Part shown: positions 57,179-64,000 of the stretch, piece after piece
How the letters are laid out: each line of letters begins with the position of its first letter
How positions within the stretch are numbered: the first letter of the stretch is position 1
From: Candidatus Gastranaerophilales bacterium
GTDB taxonomy: Bacteria > Cyanobacteriota > Vampirovibrionia > Gastranaerophilales > Gastranaerophilaceae
Assembly: GCA_944323925.1 (NCBI GenBank)
Contig: CALUUI010000003.1
Location: 129,988-193,987 of the forward strand
DNA: 64,000 nucleotides
Direction: 5' to 3'
Notes under the pieces: generated by a model
What the model was told of the DNA's origin: nothing
Seen by the model: only the letters and a program-made list of their open reading frames with translations
The model's database searches: none
Made by a program: the position numbers and the translations under genes

Positions 57179-58483
57179 ATGGGAATGGCAGCATCACAGG
57201 CACGTTATATACAATTGACTGCTCGTAAAGCAAACTGCGAATATGAAGGACAGCAAATAAACCAGGCAAGAACAAACCTTGCTAATGAAGTTGCAGGCTT
57301 ATTTAACAGAATGCTTGATTTGGAGTTACCGGAAGTCCCAAGTACGGCTGATTATACGACTGAGCAGTATTCTTATTCAGATGGTGATACTGATTATTAT
57401 ATTGACAGTTGGTCCCAAACCTCGTCTTATGATAATAATTATAATTATGTAGTTACCAGCCATTATTACAGAGATATTTTTAAAGGATCAGAGAAGAAAC
57501 TTGCCGATCCGCAAGTTCAGGTAGCAAAAACCTATAGTGGTTATGTAAATACAGTTGACAGTGTTCAAAAAAATGCTGATAACTCATATACCGTAAATAA
57601 TAAAGATGGTTCGAGTGTTAGTTATAACCAAGTAGCAGGAGTAGAAGACGAAGAATTAAAAGCCCAGCTTGAAAAATTTAAGTCAGCAATCGGAAATCCT
57701 GATTTAACAGATGAAAATATCGTAGGGTATCAGGAAGGTGATACTTGGCATTTCGCATTAACTCAGGAATTGGAAAATATTTCAGGTGGAGTTAGTGATT
57801 CATACAGCGATTACGCAGAAACCGGATTCCCTACCTACGTCGGTAATAACAGATTAACAGAGCTGACAAATTTAACCGAAGATCAAGCGACAGAATTATC
57901 TCAAATTGTACAAGATTTGTCGGGTACCAATATTTCTAATTACTTTACATTAAATGATGATGGAAGTTATACTTATTCAGGTTCCGGAATTTACACTTTT
58001 TCATTAAATGGGCAAACATATTTTACTACTTATGATGATTTGATGAATAGTTATAATAATCCTTATTTGCCGGATTCTCCAATAGATAATCAATCATCAT
58101 TGTTATATTATGGTGCATCTTATGTGCCAACGAAAGTTTCTAGCACCGGTAACGCTGTTTTGGAAACAGATGAGAGTGGTAGATTTTCTTCTGTAAGATT
58201 TGATAATGATTCAAATGTTTATAGTTTGAATTATGAAATAGTAACAGATGATGCCGCATATGAGGATGCTATGAATGAGTACAGGCATGCTGTAGAAGTT
58301 TATGAAAAGACGATTAATGATATAAATGCCTTAACTTCAACGATTCAAAAGCAAGACCAACAGTTAGAATTAGAGCTTGAACAGCTTGATACTGAACAAG
58401 CAGCAATTTCAACAGAAATGGAATCAGTTAAGAAAGTTATTGATGATTCTGTTGAAAAGATATTTAATACATTCCAAAGCTAA
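57179..58483 (+). CDS. Hypothetical protein with flagellin-like topology (N- and C-terminal helices, S/T/Y/N/D-rich centre)
   Basis: A strong RBS AAGGAG lies 8 nt upstream. The N-terminus is MGMAASQARYIQLTARKANCEYEGQQINQARTNLANEVAGLFNRML. The C-terminal ~90 aa are predicted coiled coil (QKQDQQLELELEQLDTEQAAISTEMESVKKVI). Confidence 0.6.
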   Translation: MGMAASQARYIQLTARKANCEYEGQQINQARTNLANEVAGLFNRMLDLELPEVPSTADYTTEQYSYSDGDTDYYIDSWSQTSSYDNNYNYVVTSHYYRDIFKGSEKKLADPQVQVAKTYSGYVNTVDSVQKNADNSYTVNNKDGSSVSYNQVAGVEDEELKAQLEKFKSAIGNPDLTDENIVGYQEGDTWHFALTQELENISGGVSDSYSDYAETGFPTYVGNNRLTELTNLTEDQATELSQIVQDLSGTNISNYFTLNDDGSYTYSGSGIYTFSLNGQTYFTTYDDLMNSYNNPYLPDSPIDNQSSLLYYGASYVPTKVSSTGNAVLETDESGRFSSVRFDNDSNVYSLNYEIVTDDAAYEDAMNEYRHAVEVYEKTINDINALTSTIQKQDQQLELELEQLDTEQAAISTEMESVKKVIDDSVEKIFNTFQS

Positions 58484-58528
58484 ACTTTTGGTATTCAATG
58501 AAAACATAAAAAGTGTTATAATATTTTT

Positions 58529-59242
58529 ATGTCAAAGCAAGAAGATTTTGTTGCAACCGTATCCCATGAGTTAAGGACACCTTTAACCAGTATAAGGGGT
58601 TTTGCTCAAACAATGTTGGCATCATGGGATAAGTTGAATGATGAAGATAAAAAGAAGTTTATAAAAATTATCGAAGAACAATCAAACCGACTGATAGGTT
58701 TGGTTGAAAATATTCTTTCGGTCTCATCCGGTGCCTCTGATAAATTAGTTTTAAAGAAGGTAAATCTTAAACAAGCAATAGAACCGGTGATAAAAGTTAT
58801 TTCTCAACGTTATCCTGATTATTCAATTAATTTCCAGCTTAATCCTAAATTGCCGGAAGGTATTCTTGATAATGAACGCTTTCAGCAAATTGTTATGAAT
58901 TTACTAGAGAATGCATGTAAATATTCTCCAAATGCATCAAGTGTTTTTATAACCTGTGATTTCTCTGATAAAGAGGGTTATTTTTCTCTCAAGATAAAAG
59001 ATGAGGGTGTAGGTATAAGTTTGGAGAACAAAGATAGAATTTTTCAGAAATTTTCAAGAATAGACAGTCCTTTGACAAGGTCTGTACAAGGAAATGGATT
59101 AGGACTTTATATTACTAAAAATCTTGTAGAAATGATGAAAGGTAGTATCAGTTTTGAAAATAATTCTGATAAAGGTACGACTTTTGAGGTAAAACTTCCA
59201 TTATATAATCCGGAGGAACAAGTTTGTTCTGCAGCGTATTAA
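58529..59242 (+). CDS. Sensor-less soluble histidine kinase (HisKA + HATPase_c only)
   Basis: The H-box VSHELRTPLTSI starts 10 aa from the N-terminus. It has the N-box LLENACKYSP, G1 IKDEGVGIS and G2 GNGLGLYI. There is no TM segment and no PAS or GAF domain. Confidence 0.85.
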   Translation: MSKQEDFVATVSHELRTPLTSIRGFAQTMLASWDKLNDEDKKKFIKIIEEQSNRLIGLVENILSVSSGASDKLVLKKVNLKQAIEPVIKVISQRYPDYSINFQLNPKLPEGILDNERFQQIVMNLLENACKYSPNASSVFITCDFSDKEGYFSLKIKDEGVGISLENKDRIFQKFSRIDSPLTRSVQGNGLGLYITKNLVEMMKGSISFENNSDKGTTFEVKLPLYNPEEQVCSAAY

Positions 59243-60501
59243 TAATTGATAAACGGAAAGAACTTCCGTTTAAATATAAAAAAAGTATTGAAAATCCTTT
59301 TGTAACAGTAAATGTTGCAAAAACAATAAGTGATGGCTTTGAGTATTTGGAAAAATATGAGTCAGATTTGATAATTATATCTGATAGTTTAGGCGGAAAT
59401 ATTTCAGAATTATGTGAGCGTTTGAGAGTTTTAACATATAAAACAAGACCAATTATAATAGTGCTTTCAAAATCCTCGGATATTACTGACAAAGTCCAAT
59501 ATTTAAAAAATGGAGCCGATGATTTTATAAGCGAACCGGTAAATATAGAAGAGTTTAAAATGCGAATCAAAGCGCATCTCCGCCGAGATATTGAATTAAG
59601 TTTAGATACAAAGACCTTATTGCCGGATAAAAGGCTTATATTACGTGCACTAAAACGAATTATTAATGATAAACTTGAGCGAGCATTACTTTTGGTGAGT
59701 GTAGAAAATTATTTTATCTATAAATCAATATATAGTGAATTAGCAGCAGATAAGTTAATTCAATCATTTGTAACTATTATTAAATCAGCACTAACAGAAA
59801 ATGATTATCTAGGAAGATTATCAGAAAATGAATTTGTAATAATAACAACAAGTAATGTAGTTGAAAAATTAGCGGGTTTTTTGACATTTGCCTTTGATAC
59901 GGTTGCACCCAAATTTTATTCAAAACAAGATATTAAACAAGGTTTTTCTTTAATAAAAGGTGAAAAATACGCAGAACGTCGTGTGGAATATGTTTATATT
60001 TTGGCAGGAGGTTTTGAATTGGATTATTCAAAAATCACTACCCCAAGTGAATTATTAGAACATTCCAGAGTAATAAAGAACATGGCCAAATTACCAACAG
60101 GATCAAATTATGCAATAGAAAGATTACAGTTAACAGGTCAGGGGTCTGTTATCTCAAAAGAATTTAATAAAAAGATATATATTTTTGAAGATGACGAAGC
60201 CTTAAAGTTATTGTTAAGAACGGCTTTGGAACTTCAAGGTTATGATATAACAGAAGATTTAGATGTGGATTTGCCAGCAATTGTTATTTTTGACGCGGGA
60301 GATAAGCTGGAATACTTGGAGGCGATAAAAAAAATAAAATCTGATAAAAATTTTGTTAACTCAAAATTAATAGTTACTTCTGCAAAACACAACAAATCCG
60401 CTATTCTAAATGCTAAAGCCGATTTGTATTTGCCTAAACCTTATGAAATAGCGGATTTATTATATTGGGTTGACACTTTTATGAAAGAAGTCAATTACTA
60501 G
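59224..60501 (+). CDS. Response regulator: atypical REC / degenerate GGDEF-like / canonical REC
   Basis: It has a TTG start 7 nt after GGAGG. REC1 has DK in place of DD and SEP in place of KP. The middle domain has RLSENEF where RxGGDEF is expected. REC2 keeps EDD, D, T and KP. Confidence 0.75.
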   Translation: MFCSVLIIDKRKELPFKYKKSIENPFVTVNVAKTISDGFEYLEKYESDLIIISDSLGGNISELCERLRVLTYKTRPIIIVLSKSSDITDKVQYLKNGADDFISEPVNIEEFKMRIKAHLRRDIELSLDTKTLLPDKRLILRALKRIINDKLERALLLVSVENYFIYKSIYSELAADKLIQSFVTIIKSALTENDYLGRLSENEFVIITTSNVVEKLAGFLTFAFDTVAPKFYSKQDIKQGFSLIKGEKYAERRVEYVYILAGGFELDYSKITTPSELLEHSRVIKNMAKLPTGSNYAIERLQLTGQGSVISKEFNKKIYIFEDDEALKLLLRTALELQGYDITEDLDVDLPAIVIFDAGDKLEYLEAIKKIKSDKNFVNSKLIVTSAKHNKSAILNAKADLYLPKPYEIADLLYWVDTFMKEVNY

Positions 60502-60689
60502 TCATCAAGTAAAGAAGAAAGAACTTCAGCGTTTTCTTCTGCATTCTTAATGTTGCTCATTTTGTTTTTTCTAAGATATGAGCGTAAGGCTTCTCTAATT
60601 AATTCACTTCTTGTTCTTTGTTCAGAGTTTGCGATACTATCTACTCTGTTAAGAAACTCATCTGACATAGATATTAAAACTCTAGCCAT
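60498..60689 (-). CDS. Ribbon-helix-helix (CopG/MetJ-type) DNA-binding protein
   Basis: MARVLISMSDEFLNRVDSIANSEQRTRSELIREALRSYL matches the RHH fold. A strong RBS AGGAGG is present. Its stop overlaps the convergent regulator stop. Confidence 0.75.
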   Translation of the reverse strand: MARVLISMSDEFLNRVDSIANSEQRTRSELIREALRSYLRKNKMSNIKNAEENAEVLSSLLDD

Positions 60690-60808
60690 ATTTCCCTCCT
60701 TCAACCATATCATTATAGCATATAAAAAGTATATTTCAATCTTATAATAAGTATTTATGTTAATTTTTGTAAATCTGATTAGATATAAACAACTGCGAAA
60801 TAATATTT

Positions 60809-61960
60809 TTAGGAGATATCTTCATCAATATTAGTAAGAATAGAACTTTCATTAGAGTTGTCATAAAGTAGTTTATTCAAGTCAGAAAGTAAGTCATTAA
60901 AATTATTTCTTGCAGTAGGATTTGCATTTCTATTTATTAAATATTCATTAACAGCAGTAAGAATTTCAATGAATGTTGCTTTAGTAATGTTGCCATCTTT
61001 ATAGTCTTCAAAAATTTCAAGAAGGTAAGCGTAAGTATCATTACCTTTATTGAGTTTTATTTCAATAAATTTATTTTTAATATCTTCATCCGGCATATCG
61101 ACGTTTAAAATAGAGTTATATGTAATAGCCGATTCATGCATTTCTTCAACAGCTTTTGCAACGCTTTTATATTTTTTAATTCTGTTAATGTAGTCTTTCA
61201 AAACGATATAATAGCTGTTATAAGGGATTTTATTAGTAGTATACTTAGTAATGAGAAAATCTTTTAGGAACATCATGAGATAATCTTTGTTATTAAAGAA
61301 TAGTTGTTCAATTTCGCTCCACTCATAACCGGCATCAAGCTCTTTCAGAAAATCTTTTATCAGAGCAATTTGATTGAGCTTTTGACTATCGATATTAAGC
61401 GAATAATACAAATCTCTTATTTGCTCAGAATCCTGCTCAGCAAGACTTGAGTGGTATAAGTAGATATTATTCAGTTTATCCATAATATCTTTAAGTTCAT
61501 AATTGCCGAGTTTAAGTTTAGTCCAATATTCGTGATAAGTACAAAAAATAACAGTTTTTTTATTCTTTCCTGAAATTCTTTCACCTAACAAAAGAGATTC
61601 GTAAATATCTTTATTGATACCTTTGAGAATAATTTTAGGTCTGTCATTTCTTAATAAATAGTTGGCTTTAATTTTTTTTATAAGTAAATCGTTTCTTTCA
61701 GTTGTATTTTTCCAACATTCGCATATTGCAAAAAGAAAAAGAGATAACCCAACTAATCTGCTAACACCATCAACAAGAAATTGTTCTCCAATTTTAATAG
61801 GTTTTGTATAGATTACACCTAAGTTAGTTTTTTCAGAAATATCAAACAAATCAAACATAAAGTTTGATAATTTAGCGCTATATAGATATTTTTTTGAATA
61901 ATCTAACGCATACAAATGTCCGGTATTTTCTAAAAATTCCAGTGCTTTAAATAAATCCAT
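60809..61960 (-). CDS. DUF262-like protein with a degenerate DGQQR motif
   Basis: GVIYTKPIKIGEQFLVDGVSRLVGLSLFLFAI parallels the DUF262 core (G.I.L....IDGQQRLTTL.LLL), but QQR is replaced by VSR and the upstream FQR by YSK. The start is ATG 61960 or GTG 61999. Confidence 0.45.
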   Translation of the reverse strand: MDLFKALEFLENTGHLYALDYSKKYLYSAKLSNFMFDLFDISEKTNLGVIYTKPIKIGEQFLVDGVSRLVGLSLFLFAICECWKNTTERNDLLIKKIKANYLLRNDRPKIILKGINKDIYESLLLGERISGKNKKTVIFCTYHEYWTKLKLGNYELKDIMDKLNNIYLYHSSLAEQDSEQIRDLYYSLNIDSQKLNQIALIKDFLKELDAGYEWSEIEQLFFNNKDYLMMFLKDFLITKYTTNKIPYNSYYIVLKDYINRIKKYKSVAKAVEEMHESAITYNSILNVDMPDEDIKNKFIEIKLNKGNDTYAYLLEIFEDYKDGNITKATFIEILTAVNEYLINRNANPTARNNFNDLLSDLNKLLYDNSNESSILTNIDEDIS

Positions 61961-61973
61961 AACCTCGCCAATC

Positions 61974-62531
61974 TTAGGCAGTGAAGATAAATCCGCCACC
62001 TTGACAATTTTGTAAATTATTGCCTTCTATTTTTGCTCTCAAGTTTTTAATATATTTATAAATGTAATCTCTAGGCAATCCAAGGAGTTCAGCTAAGTCT
62101 TTAGCATAAACCGTTTGATTGACATGAGAAATTAAATAATCAAGAACAGTTTGTTCTCTGTCAGTAAGAGATTTTTTTAATTTGATATTAACATCAGACG
62201 GTTTAACTTCTGATTTAATATTTGCTTTCTTTTCTTGCTTAACAGTTTTATTTTCTTGTTTTGGTCTGCTAATAGAGAACGGAGTATGTGAAATTTGGCG
62301 TTCACGTTCAAAAGCTCTTTGTGCGATAGCCGAAAATTTATCTTGTTTATCGATGTTAGAATGGTTTTCTGTTGTTACTTTTTGTTCATTCATAACCATG
62401 TCTACAACATCATTAGTTGGCTTAGCTTCTTCAATTAACTTACCTAAACGAGCTGCAAATTCTTCTAAAGTGATTTTTTCCAATGAGCTTCTCCACTGCT
62501 TAATTTCCTCTTTGGTCAAATACTCCGCCAT
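61974..62531 (-). CDS. LuxR/GerE-type HTH protein
   Basis: The C-terminus LTDREQTVLDYLISHVNQTVYAKDLAELLGLPRDYIYKYIKNLRAKI resembles a GerE HTH. An RBS AGGAGA is present. Confidence 0.6.
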   Translation of the reverse strand: MAEYLTKEEIKQWRSSLEKITLEEFAARLGKLIEEAKPTNDVVDMVMNEQKVTTENHSNIDKQDKFSAIAQRAFERERQISHTPFSISRPKQENKTVKQEKKANIKSEVKPSDVNIKLKKSLTDREQTVLDYLISHVNQTVYAKDLAELLGLPRDYIYKYIKNLRAKIEGNNLQNCQGGGFIFTA

Positions 62532-62569
62532 TATTGTCTCCTATAATTCCAATGTGATAATCAGATAAA

Positions 62570-62596
62570 AATTTATCATATTTTTAATTTATCATA
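62570..62596. promoter_or_regulatory. Direct repeat AATTTATCATA x2 (16-bp period) upstream of the HTH gene; possible operator or promoter
   Basis: The copies lie at 62570-80 and 62586-96, 40-65 nt upstream of start codon 62531. On the minus strand each copy reads TATGATAAATT, which is -10-like. Confidence 0.3.
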
Positions 62597-62873
62597 AAAT
62601 TTTGGATTTGAATCAAAATGTTTCTTGATGTAAATTTTTTTGTCAAATTATTTACAAAGTTTACAAAATTAAAAGTGCATAAAGCCTTGTAAAACTAGCT
62701 AAAATCAGGTAAACTAGCCTAAAGGGTTGATTTTTTAAAATGTTTAGTCTATAATGCTAAGGACAATCACATAATTTGCGATGAAGATTTTGTAGTTTTA
62801 GAATTTTATGAGGATTTTAAAGTTACTTGTGGAATCTTACAGCAAACTCCAATGTACAAACGGAGAGAGGATT

Positions 62874-63497
62874 ATGATTAAAAAATTATCACTTTTATTA
62901 ACGGCGATTACTATTTGCAGTTTTAATTGTGTGTTTGCAAATGAGATAAATGCCAATTCCGTAAAAGAGAGTATTATCAGACATTCTCTGGAAATGAATG
63001 TTGATCCTGCATTAGCATTGAGCTTAGCGAAGAAGGAATCAAACTACAATCATGAATTAAAAAGCAGACATGGAGCAGTAGGTGTATATCAATTAATGCC
63101 GTCTACAGCACAAAAATTAGGTGTAAATCCTTATTATTTAAATGAAAATATAAAAGGAGGCCTAACCTATTACAAAATGATGTATGATATGTTTGGTTCT
63201 ACCGAGCTTGCATTGGCAGCCTACAATGCAGGTCCTGGAAATGTAAAGAAATACAATGCAATTCCGCCTTTTGCTGAAACCAAGCATTTTGTTTCTAAGA
63301 TTATGGCCGATTATCATGCATTGAAAAAACATCCTGATCCAATCTTAATAAAGATACTGGATGAGCAGAAAAAGACACTTGAGTTGGAAAAAATTCCGCC
63401 AACAGAATTGTCGGCAAAGGATGAAACTCCAGAGCTTCCAAAGATGAATGAAATTCCGGAAGTAAGAGAGCCTTCTGTTGAGATGCAGGCATTGTAG
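62874..63497 (+). CDS. Lytic transglycosylase (SLT domain), secreted
   Basis: It has the signal peptide MIKKLSLLLTAITICSFNCVFA, the catalytic KKESN, GVYQLMP and AAYNAGPGNV. An RBS GAGAGAGGA precedes ATG 62874. Confidence 0.85.
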   Translation: MIKKLSLLLTAITICSFNCVFANEINANSVKESIIRHSLEMNVDPALALSLAKKESNYNHELKSRHGAVGVYQLMPSTAQKLGVNPYYLNENIKGGLTYYKMMYDMFGSTELALAAYNAGPGNVKKYNAIPPFAETKHFVSKIMADYHALKKHPDPILIKILDEQKKTLELEKIPPTELSAKDETPELPKMNEIPEVREPSVEMQAL

Positions 63498-63509
63498 TAA
63501 ATTTGTTAA

Positions 63510-63545
63510 CCAAAGGACCCGACTTATATAAGTCGGGTCCTTTGG
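63510..63545 (+). terminator. Strong hairpin terminator
   Basis: A perfect 16-bp stem, CCAAAGGACCCGACTT / AAGTCGGGTCCTTTGG, surrounds the loop ATAT. It is followed by only a weak T-tract. Confidence 0.65.
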
Positions 63546-63629
63546 TATTGTTACAAATTGTAATCTCTGCATAAGTTGAAAAAAAAATATATGGATGATA
63601 AACTAGGAAAAAATAAGGAGAGTATTATT

Positions 63630-64000
63630 ATGATGGGTGGGACTATGTTAAATACAGAGAGCAAATTAGTAAAAGAAGCATTAAAGGTATTAGGCAAAGA
63701 TAATTTTGCATTGATTGTACATGGCGGGAGTTTTCCATCAAAGAATGGTGAAGATACAGGCTTTGGGTCATACAATACAGATGCAGGGCATGCTCTGATT
63801 GAGTATGCAGAAAATTATTTTAATGCGATACAATTAGGTCCGAATGGTAAAACCAAATCAACAGATGCTTCTCCATATTGTGGAACGATATTTTCAGGCA
63901 ACCCATTATTTATAGATTTAAAACAACTAACGACTAAGGATTGGGAGTGTATTTTACCAATATCAGTTTATGAAGATGTAGTGAAGAACAATCCTAATGC
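63630..64000 (+). CDS. malQ: 4-alpha-glucanotransferase (GH77), N-terminal fragment running off the window
   Basis: An RBS AAGGAG is present. HGGSFPSKNGEDTGFGSYNTDAGHALIEYAENYFNAIQLGPNG resembles the MalQ N-terminal region. The gene is truncated by the window edge. Confidence 0.55.
   Translation, partial: MMGGTMLNTESKLVKEALKVLGKDNFALIVHGGSFPSKNGEDTGFGSYNTDAGHALIEYAENYFNAIQLGPNGKTKSTDASPYCGTIFSGNPLFIDLKQLTTKDWECILPISVYEDVVKNNPN

Noticed and set aside
1-64000. I considered an alternative genetic code (UGA or UAG reassignment) and mobile elements, prophage or CRISPR content.
   Set aside because: Long conserved genes (gyrA, the RND pump, metK, ispG) are uninterrupted under the standard code with normal TGG Trp. 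No transposase, integrase, phage structural genes, CRISPR repeats or cas genes were seen.

Overview
The window is AT-rich bacterial chromosome with standard genetic code (long housekeeping ORFs are intact). It is densely packed with about 65 protein genes, one tRNA, and no rRNA, CRISPR array, transposase, integrase or obvious prophage. Most of it is core metabolism and housekeeping: pdxJ, murT, bioF-bioG-bioC, rpsL-rpsG, gyrA, proC, tilS, ruvX, metK, aroF, pth, ispG, mtnA, cutA. Diderm envelope functions are also present: an RND pump with a TolC-type channel, a heptose-7-P kinase, an O-antigen-ligase-like protein and an SLT transglycosylase. Type IV pilus parts (pilD plus a pilin-like gene) are present too. 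This gene mix (MurT, YtxH/DUF948, DUF1292 and DUF4330 together with LPS/RND genes) suggests a low-GC diderm lineage, possibly a non-photosynthetic relative of cyanobacteria, but that is inference only.

Regions not explained by routine annotation, in my order of interest:
1. A + strand locus at 54.9-60.5 kb. It encodes a 728-aa orphan protein, a 434-aa protein with flagellin-like topology (N- and C-terminal helices around a Ser/Thr/Tyr/Asn-rich core), a sensor-less histidine kinase and a REC/degenerate-GGDEF/REC regulator.
2. A 2265-aa acidic coiled-coil giant protein with nested internal repeats (32.4-39.2 kb).
3. A 7-gene minus-strand operon with two orphan Clp substrate-recognition modules and no AAA+ or ClpP partner (24.8-30.7 kb).
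4. A pilin-like protein carrying about 21 tandem 18-bp PEPTPT repeats, next to pilD and an alternative-type sigma factor.
5. A LuxR-HTH / degenerate DUF262-like / RHH trio (60.5-62.5 kb).
6. Several structured non-coding stretches: 23661-23815, 14101-14182, and the rpsL and metK leaders.

All family assignments come from motif recognition by eye. No database search was run.
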